NCBI RefSeq assembly: GCF_009914755.1
Contig: NC_060925.1
Source: the human T2T-CHM13v2.0 reference genome, Homo sapiens
Length of the DNA: 64,000 nucleotides
Direction: 5' to 3' (one strand)
The notes under the pieces were generated by a model. The model was not told the DNA's origin, searched no databases, and was given only the letters and a program-made list of their open reading frames with translations. Shown one piece after another: positions 1 to 15,909 of the stretch. Made by a program: the position numbers and the translations under genes. Within the stretch, counting starts at the first letter, position 1; each line of letters starts with the position of its first letter.

Positions 1-765
1 GGAAATGCAAATCAAAACCACAGAGATACCACTTCACACACAGTACCATGGCTAACATAAAAAAGACAGATCCAGACAATAACAAGTGGTGGTGAGGACG
101 TGGAAAAATTGGAACTCTCATACATTGTTGGTGGGAATATAAAATGGTGTAGCTGCTTTGGAAACCAGTATTGCAGTTCTTCAAAATGTTTGACATAAAG
201 TTACTCTATACTCCATATATTCTACTCCTAGGTATATACTCAAGAGAAATGAAGACATATGTCTACACAAATAAGTGTACATGAATTTTATCGCAGCACT
301 TTCAAAATAGCCAACAAAAGTAAAAAGAGCCCAAATGTCCATCAACTTATGAATGAATCAGCAAAATGTGGTATATCTACATAATCAAATATTGTTCAAC
401 CATAAGAGGAATGAAGTGCTAATGTGTGCCACAATATGGATGAATCTTGAAAGCATGTTAAGTGAAAGAATCCAGTCAAAAAGGCCACGTATTGTGTAGT
501 TCCATTTATAGGAAATGTCCAGAAGGGGAAAATCCATAGAAATAAAAAGCAGATTAGTGGTTGCCAGGGGCTGTGGGAAGAAGAGAATAGGAAGTGACTG
601 TTAATAGGCACTTTTTGTTTCCTGGGGAGGGGAGTGATAAAAAATATTCTGGAATTATACAGTAGTAATATCGCACAACTTTGTGACTATACTTTAAACC
701 ATTGAGTTGTACACTTTAAAAGGTTGCATTTTATAGTATGTGAATTATATCTTAATTTTAAAAAT
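1..765 (+). mobile_element. Old L1 (L1M-type) 3' end
   Basis: Starts ggaaatgcaaatcaaaaccacagagataccacttcacac and has L1M 3'UTR motifs (agcagattagtggttgccagggg ... gtacactttaaaagg ... tgtgaattatatct). Confidence 0.85.
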
Positions 766-1189
766 CTGGCAGAGGGAGACAAAATAAATAAAGTAACTAG
801 GTAATATGAAAAAAATCAATAGCACAGTTAAATTACTTTGTTTGGAGACCATCTTTGTATCCCTTGCAAGAGCCTGCTGGATTCCATTCTAAACCTTCCA
901 TGCTGAAGAGTATGAAATCATGAAGCAGGGATGTGTACACTGTTATCTATCCCTACTTTTCTCCCTGTAGTACCTCCCACCTTGCCTTGTATGTTCATTT
1001 TTGCCTTATAGACTAGGGTTTCTCCAAGTGTCACCTGAGTCCAATTGCATCCCAAATCTCTTCTAATGCTTGTGCAAAATTCTTGGGCCTCACTCCACAT
1101 ACACTGAAACAGAAACGCTGTGGGTATAACTCTGGACTTGACATTTTTAACAAGTTACCCACCTATTAAAAATAATACTATTATTAATA

Positions 1190-1450
1190 ATAGTAGCTTT
1201 TACCTATAAAATACTATTAATATGTGCAGGCACCATTCCAAATGCTTTACATAAACTGACTTATTTAATCCTCAGCACAATCTATGACTAGGTACTATTA
1301 TTGTCACCATTTTACAGATGAGTAAACTGAGATACTGATAGATTAAGAAACTTTCCCAGAGGCATAGAACTATTAAGTGTAGAGCTGAGAATGAAATGCA
1401 GGCAGCCTAGCTTCAGACTGCAAGCTTTCCACCAGGGCGCAATACCACCT
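1190..1450 (-). mobile_element. MIR
   Basis: MIR core cattttacagatgagtaaactgag. Confidence 0.7.
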
Positions 1451-2339
1451 CTTCTCCCCATTGATTCTTATGCTTCAGTCTAAGATTCACTGCAATGATT
1501 ATTATTTAATGCATCACTTGCACCTGCAGAAATAAAAATCTGTCTCTGCCTTTGATGTGGAAATTTACAAAACCCAATCATCTTAAGGGGAACGTGCCAA
1601 GCTGGTATGAGATAGTAAGTTTGGAAATTTGGACATGAAACTAGTACACCTTTGGGAAAAGCATCATGCCCCCTCCCCACCCCCAATCAATGAACTGCAA
1701 TGATGCAAACCACCCAGAGAAGAGGCCTGTCTGCTGTGGGAGAAACCTGGCCTGAGTTCCATTCTGAAGCCTGGACCAGCCTTCCCCCATGGTGCTTCTG
1801 ACTCACCAGGACAAGGTGGGGGAGCCTTATTTGTGGGTGTCATTGTTCTTGTCACAGAACTTGGTCAGGCCTGTTAGGAAGTCCCAGCCAGCTTCAGGTT
1901 GTCTACTGATGGCCCAGGCCACTTTCAGGCTGGAATTGGGCCTCACAGCTTCTGTGTGGCCAGAGTCAGCACATCCACAAGGGCCAGGGTTGGCTCCACA
2001 TCACATGGGCACCTTCCAGTGCAGCTCTCCCAGGTGACAGGAGGCACACTGACAAGAGCTTGGTGTTGGATGGTGGAAAGGGCACTAGCCTGGGATGAGA
2101 AGACACAAGAAAAATTGCTGCATCTGCCCCTGTGGGTGGGTGCAATGGGCAGTCATGCGGTCTCTAAAGCCTCAGACACCTCACCTGTAGAATAAGGAAA
2201 ATACTTCCCAGCCAACGCCTCTGCAGGTGGCTAAGATGACTGATAAAGAAAACATCAGTGAAACTGCTTCCTCCAGCATTGGCGTCATTCTGAATTGCCA
2301 ATCTATAACTCTATGTCTGGCCTTCCTCAACTCTAAAGG

Positions 2340-4360
2340 ACTGGCATTCGCTCACTCATTCAACAAATATTAATTGAGTGAACGTGTGACTTTCCACGTA
2401 GATAACATGGAGATCTGCAAAGTGACTAATAGGCATCTGAAGGCTAACGTAGTTGAAGCAGAACTCTTGTTTCTCCAGGAAACCAGCCCCTCTTCCAGCT
2501 TGCCCCATCTAGGAAACAGCATCCATATCCATCCACTTGCTGAAGCTAAAACTCAGGAGTCAGCTTTAACTTCTCCCTTACTTCTTTCAATCCCTGAGCA
2601 AAGCCTTGAACATGCACTTGAGTCTCTCTCCCACTTGCAACACCAGATTCCAGTCCAGTGCCACCATCCGGCTCTTCATCCATGGCACCACCTCCATGCC
2701 AGTCTCTGCTTCTTTTCAGAGGCTCTATATTCAGCAGGCAGGACAAATCACATCACGTCCCTCCCCTGCTGGGAAGTCTGCAGTGGCTTCCCAGTGCACT
2801 TGAACTGAAAGCCATGCTGTCAAGGCCCAACATGACCTGGCCCCTTCCCCTCGTACGCAGCTCTCCTTTACTGTGTTCCAGCCACTCCAGCCAGCCTACT
2901 TACTCATCCCAGCATGCCAAGCTCATTCCCATCCCAGGCCTTTGCGCTGGCTACTGACCCTATCCTGGAATGCTCTTCTGCCGGAACATTGCCTGACTCC
3001 TTCTCATCACCTATGTTTCAGTTCAAGTAGCATATCCTCAGTGAAGCCACCACTCCCTGTCCTGAGTTACTCTCTACCTCTTTATCTGTTCCAGTTTCTG
3101 TTATGATCTGATATTGCACCTGTTAGGATCTGATGTTATCCTAACTATGTGTTTATCTACATGTCAAGTATCTGTCATTCCCCTCAAATATACTCTGTTT
3201 CACAAGAGAGGCAGTTTGTCTGGTTATCCCCAGCTCCTAATGCTTGACACATAACTGGCACTTAACAAATATTTCTCAAAGGGATGAACTGATATTACTA
3301 TTACTGCACTGCTTTCAAATACATTTGTCTTGTTCTGAAAAGAATTTAAGGGGGTTATAGAACTGAATGAAATGGAATAAGATTTGTAAAATACCAGCCT
3401 AGGAAATTAGGTTTTTTAAGAAAGAGGGTAGGAAACTTAGAAGAACTCTTAGCCTTGCATTGTTCCTGGGCTCAGCCCCGGGAGCGCCTCTTCTCCACCC
3501 TCATGCTACCCCCACCTACCCTTTATTCTGCCATCTGCTCTAGGCTGTGGCTCCGAATACCAGCAATGCATTTCTATTCAGCCAGATGTCTACCTGAAAC
3601 CCAAGCTCACTCATCTCCACTTGGGGTCTAACAGGCCCCGCACTCCTAGCGTGTTCAAATCTACTGCCCCAGATTCCCTTCATGGGAGAGCATGTAGTTA
3701 AAGACACTCTATCCTTCCAATTTCTCAGGGTCATCCTTGGCCCCCTCCTGTCCTTCGTGCCCCACACTGTATCTATCAACAAATCCTATTACCCAGAATG
3801 TGACCTCTTCCCACCTACTACCATGCTGGCTCAGCACACCATCTCCTCTGAGATCCTGCAGGGGTCTCCTAAGTGGTCTCCCTGCTTCTACCTCTGTCTC
3901 CTATGTGTGCTGTCAGCTCGCTAGCTAGAGGGACCCTTTGAAGTTATGCCACTCCTCTGCTCCAAACCCTCTAATGGCTTCTCATCTTACGCAGTGTAAA
4001 GGCCCAAGTACAGCAAAGCCCTCTGAAGCTCGACAGGAGCTTGCTTCCGGTTACTTCTTGGACCCTATCGCTGCCTCACCCACTCCACTTCAGCCACGCC
4101 ATCCTCCTTGCTGTTTCTTCAACATGCTGGGCACACTCCTGCCTCAGGGTTTTGAACTCCCTGTTTCCTATCTCTGGAATGCTTTTTTTCCCCAGGGATC
4201 TAGACAGCACACATCACTCCTTCAGGCTTTGCTCAGATGGCAACTTCTCCGTCAGTGCTTCTCAGACCTCTGCTCTATTTAAAATGTATTTTCAGAGTAG
4301 TATCTAGAACAGTGTTTGGTGGGTAGCAGGTACTCAGTAACTACTTGTTGTTTAATGAGT
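2340..4360 (+). mobile_element. L2 fragments (several)
   Basis: L2 3'-end motifs (ctggaatgctcttc, gtactcagtaactacttgttgtttaatgag, cacttaacaaatattt); boundaries approximate. Confidence 0.65.
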
Positions 4361-5423
4361 GCAGATGAAGAAGAGTGAGGCAAAGGCATGAAGCACACAC
4401 TTCAAGGTCTTTATATTGCTTAGTGTTGAGCCACAAACTTGCCGCTCCACTTTCTAACAGTCAGCACACACATGAAAGCAGTTTCAGTTATGCGCATCAC
4501 AGTACCCGTCTATAAAATCCAATCAAACCATTTGTTCAGGAAAAACTTAATAACTCTTCCTGATACCGAGATCAGAGAGAAAGCTCTCCCATTACACTTT
4601 CTGAAGAGGTTGTAATATTGTGAGCAAAGTCCTCAGTTCAGAGCACTAGAAAGCTGCAGCAACAAGGAGCAGAGTGCTTCTTATTACATTTTCCAGTGTG
4701 GTTGATGACTTATACCAGAGTATAATTAAGGTAAAAGCAGGGCCAGAACAGTTTGGTGCCGAGATGCAGCTTTCTTTTGAATGGATCCAGGAACATACCT
4801 AGAGTAGCAGGAACAGATCTATACTCCCAGAAACAAACCTGGAGTACCCAGGATCAGGCATGCTTTATGGCTCTTGCCAGTGCCTCTGAATGAAGCTTGC
4901 GTTTGCTGAGAAATTGGCAGGTAGTTTATGAGAATGGGTCATTCTTGGAGTGTCATGGAGATTGTACCAATATAGCTTTAGAAGCACGACCATGGTCCAT
5001 GTACATGCATTCCCTGGAGTAATGCAGTGCACAACCTGTACAACTGAGTGAGGCATCCCCATTTAGGACGCTGGATAAGTGTAGAGACCTAGGCTTTAAC
5101 TAGTAGCCAAAGCCAAAGGTGGCTTGCCACATATGTATAAAAGATGCAGTGCCAAAAAAGGATACATAATATCTAATGTACTGCAGAAAAGGGCTAAAGG
5201 AATAGCAGTGGGCAGGGCCAAGATGCTTCATAGAAAGAACCTGGAGTTGGGCTATCAGAGAATGGCTACAAGAATACTAGAGTGAAAATGCTCAAAGCAG
5301 TTGAAACAAAATATACTCGCCCATGCCAGCTATAAAAGATCTCAGCAGAGCTCCCACTGACCAACTCACTTGAGCTGTGTGGTTTTTCTTCAGTGCACAA
5401 TTGTGAAATAAACATTGAGGTAG

Positions 5424-6094
<671 letters not shown>

Positions 6095-7008
6095 TCAGGA
6101 GCAGTTACCAGAACTGATGACTGCAGTAAGGTTTCCCACTAAGAAATTTGATTCTATAAAATTTACAGTAATACAAATACAAATATTCACTCCACTGGGG
6201 TTCACACTCAGTTCTTCTGTCCAAGGGCTCCTAATTTGCACGTGACAGGAAGATCAGTATTTCCCTGTGTCCATGTGTAAGAAGTACATTTCTTGAATTT
6301 TTGTGGTAAGTCAAGGACTTCCATGAGAATTAATTTTCACATGCATACATCCCCCAAAGATATATTTTGTCTTTCATTTATTGGAAGATATGAAGAAATT
6401 ACATGATAATTAAGCTGAAAAATATGCAATGTGGCGATGACTAAGCAAACACCTCAGCTTTCATGATCGCCATTATCATAGCTGACTGGAGTCCCCAGGA
6501 ATGCATTCATTCAGAGTCAAACCCGCGTTGAGAGCCTACCATGTGCCAAGCCCCATGCTAGGCATTTTTCTGAGGATGGGTTGGGAGTGGGGAGTGGAGA
6601 TAAAGATCAAGAAGACATGACCCTTGACCTTAAGGAGATCCCAATCTAGTGGAGGAATCATAACTTTCTCATCTGAAAGTTCATCTAGCCCTGCAAGGCA
6701 GTGCATGGTGAGCATGCATTTCAGGATGCACCTTGTATGATCTCTGTGGACGAGAGGGGTCTGGGGCCTCCAAGGGAGGTAGGCCTTGAGCTGGTCTTGA
6801 AGAAGATTAGAATATGGAAAACTGGGTCTCATAGAGGGGAGACAATCACCAATCTCCTTCCTCTGATCGCTAATCAGAGAGAAATTAAATTCGTAGGGCT
6901 TGGTGGTGCAGACCTGTAATCCTAGCACTCTGGGTAGCTGAGACAGGAGCCAGCTTGCCTTCCTGCCTTCCTTCCTTCCTTTCTTTCCTTCTCTCTCTCT
7001 CTCTCTCT

Positions 7009-7168
7009 TCTTACGAGACAGGGTTTCCCTCTGTCGCCCAGGCTGGAATGCAATGTTGCAATCATGGCTAACTGCAGTCTTGACTTCCAGGACTCCAACA
7101 ACCCTTCCAACTCAGCCTCCCGAGTAGCTGGGACTACAGGCATGCACCACCACACCTAACTAACTTAA

Positions 7169-7216
<48 letters not shown>

Positions 7217-7246
7217 TGTAGAGACAAGGTCTCACTATGTTGCCTA
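7009..7246 (-). mobile_element. AluJ-type fragment with (TAT)n microsatellite at ~7169-7215
   Basis: Antisense Alu right arm plus part of the left arm; linker expanded to a TAT repeat. Confidence 0.85.
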
Positions 7247-8139
7247 ACCTATACACCTCTGGAGCAGCTCCTGGGGTTCCCTCCTCCTAACACATACAGC
7301 CCAAAATGACTTAGCCAGCAAGAAGGAAGAAAGGAGCCAATGACAAGAGCATGCTTATGATGAGCCAGGCATTCTTCTAATCACATTACCCACAACTCTA
7401 ACCTCCCCCCGACTCTGCCAGGCAGGAGCAATTGCAATTGCTCACTTCTAGTAATCAAGGAGCAGAAGTGCAAAGATTTTCTAAGTCACACACAGTTAAT
7501 AGGCAGCAAAGACCAACCACCCTGATAGGTCTGATGCTTTGTACTACTCAGACACAACCAAGTGTGGACAAGGAGGGCCTCAGAGAACTGGATCAGGTGT
7601 CCTCATGGGTCTCTCTTCACTGCAGGAGGATAAGAGAAAGAATCTCCAGTGTTCTATTGAATCCAAGCAGGAGCAGATTATTTAGGGAAGCCTGGGGCGG
7701 CAGTCCTTTAGAACTGGAAGGAAACTCGAAAAATGTCCAGTTCAACCTTGTTTTACAGAAGAGGGAACTGAGGCTTAGAGAGGTAAAGTGATTTGTCCAA
7801 AGTTAAGTGATGCCTACATAGTTTATGGCTCTTCTCCCCACAGTGTACTGCAAATCCTACATCCATGACCTTCATGGACACCAGGCAAATTAGGGTATGC
7901 CCTTTCTTGCAGGTCTTCTCTGTGTCTGTCTGGGTTCAAGAAGCAGGAAATGATGGAAAGTGCTCTGTGTTGACAAGGGACTTGTCCATTCTGGGTCCTT
8001 TGCTCTCCTCCAGGTCACAAACTCCCCACCTGATGTTCTCCCCTTTCATTCCCACTCTGCTTTCAGGAAAGGGTTGGACAGGTGACACCTTGGTAGGAAT
8101 TTAAATCATATCATTGGGCACTATATTCATTTAGGCTGT

Positions 8140-8475
8140 CTCTCCAATCATCAATGAAAAACTTCATCCTCATCAAAGAGACTTCAGTCCCAGCCACAGA
8201 TTGGTTTTTTGGAGGGGTGGGGTGGGGAGGGGGCGGGTGGTGACAGCAAGGCTAGGAGGGAGGGGGTCATGGGTGAGATCTGATATGCTTAATAGAGCAG
8301 CAGTCACTCCAATCAGCTTTGTACCCTGAGGATCTTATCCAAGTTGGTTTTCGTGTCGGAGCTCAACACCGCCTTACAGAAGATGTTTTGGTGATGAAAT
8401 AAGAGCTTTCGTATCTGTTTAGGCAGCTGGCGCATTTCCGCAAGCCTCCTGACCTGAGCAGGCTGAGTCAGGGAC
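8140..8475. promoter_or_regulatory. Candidate promoter/enhancer with CCAAT boxes, GC box, G-quadruplex and AP-1 site
   Basis: CCAAT/ATTGG near 8144, 8200 and 8309; GGGGTGGGGTGGGGAGGGGGCGGG at 8214-8237; TGAGTCA at 8464-8470; locally retained CpGs in non-repeat sequence. Confidence 0.35.
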
Positions 8476-9569
8476 AGGCCTATTTGTTAGATAAACTCAG
8501 AGAGTTACAGGTTTCTCAAGACTTTATAAATCCATCCCGTGTGCGAGTACTTCCCTTTCCTTAAATGGATTATTAGAAAAGATTGGATGCAAATCAAGAA
8601 TTCAATTTCTAACCAAGCAAATTTCCACCCACACAGAGAACTCATTTTAGCGTAGGCAACTTCTAATAAATAAAAGATTTTCTTCAACTCCGAGACTGAC
8701 TTCTCATTAAAATGAGGTGGGACTCTACAGGGGTCTTTTAAGGGTCCCTGTCTGGGTGCTGAAATCCAACATGTCATAGTTTAAAAACACCGTAGACACA
8801 CTAAATGAACCTATGTACTCTCATTTGCTGCTCACACCTTCCCTGGGATGAAGGCTGCTGAGTGAGCTCTACGCTTGGCAAGGAAATGTGGAGCAGGTTG
8901 TACCCGAGAACGTCCATAATTCCACCTCTGATCAGACAGGTGTGGCATCAAATCCTGGCCCAGACACAAAAGCTGTTTGACTTTGGACAACATACTTAAT
9001 CTCCCTGAGCCTGGGACTCTTCTAGGTCTTGAAAACAGGGGCACTAACACCCACCTCCCAGTGCTGCTGTGAAGACCACACAAGATACCTTTATAAAGCC
9101 CCTGGATATAGTAATCACTCTGTTTCTTGCTAGCAATTATTATGTAAGGAACTTTTCTAAACATGTGTTTCTCTTTTCACATGAGGTTTTTTCCTGAGCA
9201 TGTGGAAAACTATGATGGTAGATGTTTTGGAAAACACAGAAAACCATAAAAAAGAAAATAAAAATTGTCTGTGTTCCCAACACTCAAAAAGAATCACTAT
9301 TAACATTTTGATATGCTTTAATTTCATAACATCCACACAGATGCACACATACTTCTATATAGTCACACACATATAATTTTGTGGTTGAGAATGTGTGCTG
9401 TTTTCTTTTTTCACCTAACATTATATTTTGAGCATTTTCTTATATAATTAAAAATTCTTAAAAACATCATATTCAACAGTTTCAAAATAATAATATTTTC
9501 TGTCTTAATTTCATTGTATACAATTCTTTGTGTTTCTGATTATTTCATATTTTTCTTTTTATTCCTAAT

Positions 9570-11643
9570 TTTGCAGATGAATCGACTGATCAAAGCACAT
9601 GAACTTTTTAAAAAAGAGTAATAAGTTTACTTAAATAAAGAAAGCTTAAATTATACAGAACTGAAAATATTAGAAATCTATATCTAATTAAATGTGTATA
9701 AATTAGCCAACTCCATAGACATTTCTAGTTGAGCATTCGTAAAAATACATATTAATTCTTTCCTTTTATTTAGAGATAACACATGCCTACATAACATAAT
9801 GACCCTGGCCAAAAAAAAAATCAGATGATAAAAATATTCTCAAGTTGTGAAAATGATGTGAAAAACATTTCAGTGACAACATTCTTCATGAATATAAACC
9901 TCTGATTTAATTCCTCTGATTTACCTTTGAACATGCAGAAGCATGATGGTTTTAAATTTTTTTTTAATGTGGTGGTCAGGATTATCATCAAGCAAATATT
10001 TTACAGATATTGGTATCATAACACATCAGCTTATTAACATTTAAGGCTTTTTGCATGCACAATATCTCATTGTGAGAAAAACAATTTTAATATTGGTTAT
10101 TTGCCATAATTTTTTAAACTTTCAAAGCCTTTTCAACATAAGAGAATGGCTGCACACATTTTCTTATAGAATATAATCTTTAAAAAATTAACTAAGATTG
10201 GTCTTTATGGTTCCTAGTAATAAGTCCTTGTCTTATTTTTTCATATAGTATAAATTATACGCTTATGTAATATGCAGGACTGCATTAAGACCCAGTAGTT
10301 CCTAAACAATGTTACCAAATAACCACATAAATCCCAAATGCACCAAAGTTCAAGTATCTTTGTAGTATCCTTCCACCTAATTGAAGTTGAAGCTGTTCCT
10401 TTTGGGTATTTTTCTACTTCAGTATGAAGTATATTGTTAGAATTTCATTAGTGGGTTCATTATGTGGCTTTTTAAAGACAAAAGTGGTTTTGATTTCTCC
10501 GATAGTTCACAATTCTGACGAGACATTTTCTTGGAAGTCATATAGTCAAGAGATGCTTTGAATAACAAAACACTCTTTAGTAGCTGTAATCTCTCAATGC
10601 CACTGTTACAAATGAGTGTTTATATCCTTGGCTATAATAGCAGTATTTCCCAGATGGCTTCCCTGTTCCCACAATACACTTCATTGTTTTAAAATCTGAA
10701 TATTTCCATTATTATAATTTGTTTGATTATAATCCTGACCACCACATTTTAATGACTGATTGAATCCAGTTTAAACCAATTATTACATATTTTCTTCAAA
10801 TTTGCTTTTAAGTAGTGACTTTGCTAGTGGTACCAAATCTATACAGCAGCCATGTAAGGTGTATTGCTTTTCTTCCTGTAAACTATTGGTGAGCACGAGA
10901 AGGCAATCCACCAAACTCCAAGATCTCCTATCCTCACCAAATAAGGTACAAATTCACTCACACATCTTTTTCTGCAAAAAATTAAAGCTACTTTCAATCT
11001 CAAATTCATGTTCAGCAGAACTTGTGCAACTGTTTCATGGTCCTGCGAAACCTTAGGGAAAGCCCGCCATATTTTGATAATAGGCTGTCTAAAAAATCAG
11101 AATCACTGGAGTTAACCAGATATATTTAACTATCATGGTGTAATTTTTCTGGCAGGTGGCCTGCACAAGCCAGTTCATTTTCTTTACTTGTCATGCCCAC
11201 AGCCCCCACTTGAAGAGGAATGTTCCTTTCCATAGGAAAGATTTGAGATTTGGAAAAAAATGATGAACTTTCTTTCTGCAATAGGTGCCCTTACGTAGTT
11301 TATGTGGGCATTTCCTAGCTTCTCCAATTGTTCTAGTTACGTAAGCAGCCAACTGTCTTGGAAATTTCTTAAGCTCCTTCATGTTCTTACCAGTCAAAGT
11401 AGAGATCCTTTCTCTAAGACCATCAATGAAATGATCCTCAATAATATTAGAAAATTCCCATTTTTAACATTGGGGTTTCAGATGCTGTAGTTCCTAAACA
11501 TCAGTGCCTCAGGTTACTGCAGCTGTTCAGCCCAGTCCTGGCATCCACTGGGCAGCCCTCTCAGGCCTGTGCAAGACCTGCTAGGAGAGCGCCCCTTGGG
11601 CAAGGTGGGGGCACTTCCCTGACTCCGCCCAATGCTGGTTCTG
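9570..11643 (-). mobile_element. Ancient hAT DNA transposon relic (Tip100/Zaphod-like)
   Basis: AT-rich decayed body; degenerate hAT C-x-x-H-S-L motif (minus tgtgcagccattctctta, ~10140-10157); GC-rich terminus beginning CAG on the minus strand near 11643. Confidence 0.45.
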
Positions 11644-12371
11644 CCCTTTTCCGGTGGGTCGGTGGGTCGTGAAGGACCTGAAGGAGGGGGAAGAGCTACA
11701 GTCTATGAGCTATTAAGGCAGTAGTGGAAATTTGCTGTCCAGAAAATTTGTACCAACTCAACTTCCATCAGCAGGGGAGAAAAGTAAATCTTTGGGAACC
11801 TTTGCAACTTTCCCATGCCTGTTCTTATTTGCTCCTATGGCAATTAACAATGAAAGCCAAAAAGACAAGGGGGTCTGTGAAAGATGTCAGAGAACCAGAA
11901 AGGGGAGATTGGGAAGTTGGTCCTCATTCCTGGGCTCTGGAAAGCAATAGCAGGAAATTGAATAGATGATAAAAGGTTTACAAAGGCCTGAGGGATAGAA
12001 GAAAGAGGGATGTGGGGATGGCAAGGAGGTGCCTCTCAGTGTATATTTTCACCCCTGGATGACACAGAATGTCCTTGGGGCAAGGTGGCAGCCCTGCTCC
12101 TTTGCACTGAGTTCTAAGTGCCGTGCTGGGCACACTATGGAGCCCAGGAAGTACCGTGTAACGATGGGCTCCCATGAGCCTGGAGGAGGACATGGAAAGT
12201 GGATTTTTTAAATGGTCATCTGCAAGAAAAATCCAGAGTGGAATTCTTGTGTCTGGTCAGCTCTATGGACAATTAGGGGCTAGTGTTGCGTGGAAGAGAC
12301 ATAGGTGCCTTTAGACCAGCTCTCTACCTCTGGCTCGCTCTTTTGGTTTGGTTTCGTTTCGTTGGTTTAAC

Positions 12372-12890
12372 TTTTATTTTATTTATTTTTTAATTAACAA
12401 ATAACAACTGTACATATTCACAGAGTATGTAGTGATGCTTCTATACATATAATAAATGGTGACAGATCAGGGTAATCAGCATGTCCATATCTCAAACATT
12501 TATCATTTCTTTGTGTTGGGACCATTCAATATCCTCCTTCTAGCTATTTGAAGCTCTATAATGTGTATTGTTAGCTAGGTCATCCTACAGTGGTATTGAA
12601 CACCAAAACTTATTCCTCCTAGCTAGCTATAATTTTGTACCTTTTAACAAATGTCTCCCCATCCCTCTTTTCCCCCTACCTTTTCCAGCCTCTAGTATAT
12701 GCTGTTCTACTTTTTACTTCTTTGAGATAGCTTTATTTATTTATTAAGCTTCCACATATGAATAAACATGTGGTGTTCAACTTTCTGGTCCTGGCTTACT
12801 TGACTTAACGTAATGTCCTGTAGCTCCATCCATGTTGCTGGGAATGACAGGATTTCATTCTTTTTTATGGCTGAATAGTATTCCATAGGG
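12372..12890 (-). mobile_element. L1MA 3' fragment
   Basis: Antisense L1MA 3'UTR (atttcattcttttttatggctgaatagtattccat). Confidence 0.85.
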
Positions 12891-12957
12891 CTTGTTCTTA
12901 ACAGACTATGTGAAGGAGGTGATCATCCAGGCTTTTTGGTCTTATAAAACTTAATCC

Positions 12958-13465
<508 letters not shown>

Positions 13466-15909
13466 TCAACGAGCACCCCTTTAATGCTCCGCACTTTTGC
13501 ACTTGGGCTGAGCCCTGCAGGGTCACACATGAAGTGGAAGCCATAGTACCTGCCTGTGAGGATGTGGTCTTGGTGAGGAGGCCAGACCAACACCCATGAA
13601 CGCATCACAAACCACAAAAGACCATAGAAAAGCAAGCATCAGACTGTGCATGGAGTGCAAGCTGGTGCAGTGGGAGTCCCAAGGACAGGAGGTGGACAGG
13701 ACAAGGGCTTCAGCACAGAGGTGAGGCTTGAGCTTTAGAGATCCCAGGGGTGGCCTTGAGATCTACATGCTCCTTTGAGTGTAAAGGGCTGATCGTTCTG
13801 AGAGGAGGAAAGGCATCACCCCTCACTTTCTGGGTCCCCTGCTCCTTGCAGGACCACCTGCACAACACCACGGTGCTCAAGGGCTATCAGTGAAGGAAAA
13901 GGGAAGAAAGGAACAAATGGCCTGTGGCGGGGTAAAAAACAACTCCAGCTCTTCCTACCAGGCCAACTTTTGTGACTGGCTCCCAGGCTGCCTTGCCTCT
14001 GGGGTTCAAGGGAGGCTTGTCTTCTGAGAGTCGGTAGGATTAGACAAAAACTCCAGCTCTGTTCCAAGGGTCTATCAATATCCTCATAGCTGGGTATGTT
14101 AAGTGCTGGTATATTTACCCTGTTTAATCATGGTTCCATCCCTCTGAGGAAAAAGCTGATTACAGCCACTTGGGGAGAGAGAAATAACAGTGACCTTCTG
14201 CAGAACCAGCGATAACTTATTCCTTGTAAGGAGTGGATAAACAAAATGCCCCACACTCATCACTCAGGAATGTGCACCTCTTTGTATGTTCTTCCTAACA
14301 GTACCTAGTAATTGGGCTCAACACCTCAGTGCAGCATTTCCTGTCATCTCTGGGACAGCAGAGTGGAGGTGACCTCCCTTCCCACTCATTGGAGAGAACA
14401 TTAATTGCTAGAGGTAATCCTAACCATAAAGTTTCTGGATCAGAGTTGCAATTGCATTGAATAGGAATAAAAGGCTGTTAAAAAGAAGATTTCTATTATC
14501 TGAGAAATCAAACTTTCTAGCAGCTTTAACACCTATTCACAATGGGTTTTTATTCAATCCCCATTAAAAGAAGTCAAAAGTTACAGGAATCAAAGCCAAA
14601 GTCCCTCCAGAAGCTAACATAGTAATAAAACCATCAGTAATTTTAATGATTGTTTACATATAGTGCCTCCTCTAGGTCAGGCACTTTACTTATGATCTGT
14701 TAATTCCTGTATTAACCTAGTAACTATACCCAATTTTATAAGAGCAAATATTAAAGCTCAAGGAGAGATTACGTCATTTGCCAGAGTTCACACAGCTAAC
14801 AAGTGGAAAAACAGATTTGAACCTGTTTTCCTGACTCCAAAGCCAGCAAAGTTCTTTCAACTGGAGCCAGAAATACCCTAATGCCCATGGGTGACCAGGG
14901 TCCCTTCTGGGCCATGTGGTGTGGAGAATGAGTTTGACCACCCCAAATTGTCTTGTTCCTCAAGAGGATTTCCCAGACCTTCAAGGAATAAAATAATGTT
15001 GTGTTTTCTCCTAAACTGGTTTTCATCCAAATCTTGTGTTGCTCAGAAAAACATGGAGCCAGAAAGCCAAATTCCAGAGTCCTCTCTGTGGTCATCCCGG
15101 GAGGGGCCCAGGCAGCAGGGATATCCTAGGCCTATTCATGAGATGCTCCAGGTTTAGCCTCCCTCTCCCCGGTTGGCCTGGCAGCCTGTTCACTGGCTGC
15201 TCTCATAAGCCACCCAGGCTGCGTCCCTCCAGCTCCCATCGCTAGTCAGCTGGGCCAGACCCCACCCCTGTATTCAGTGTGGTTGCCAGACATGCAGCCC
15301 CACCATGATCCCCATTCTTCATTCAACCAATATTATGTACCCATTATACATGCAAGGTACAGTCATAAGCTCTTGGGGGACAAGACAGAGATAATCCATG
15401 ATCTCTGTGAGTGGTCATTCAGGAATATGGAGTGAATGCTCAACCAGTTACTCAACTAATTGCTTAATTACAATTGTATAAATCCTTCAGAAGTTGCCAA
15501 GTTGCTAAGGGAGTGTGCAACTGGGGTGGGGATGGGGGGCTTGACTAGGACTGAGGGATGAGGAAAAGCCTCTCCTAGGAAGAAGACAAGAGGGCTGAGG
15601 CACACAGAAAGAGGGGTCAGTGGTACAAAATGAGGCCAGAATGGTCAGCAAGGCTCCATCTTGAGGGCCTTTATAGGGCTGGAATTTATCTTAGGAACAA
15701 GGAGACTCCATTGAAGGGTTCAGGTTGTGAATGATACATGTGTATGGATCAGGGAAGAAAAGAATGATATGTCTACCAAAAAATTCTGAATTGTGCTGAG
15801 AATTAACAACTGTCTTTTTAGCCTTTTGTCTCCCTAAAATAGTAAGTTTCCAGTAACTCACAGGTTGACAATTAAAGGGGTTGTAATAGATGTCCTTTTA
15901 AAAAAATAA

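Noticed and set aside
8378-8453. Possible 76-bp minus-strand exon (cag|GTCAGG...TTCT|gtaagg)
   Set aside because: Weak acceptor, no partner exons and no recognisable product.
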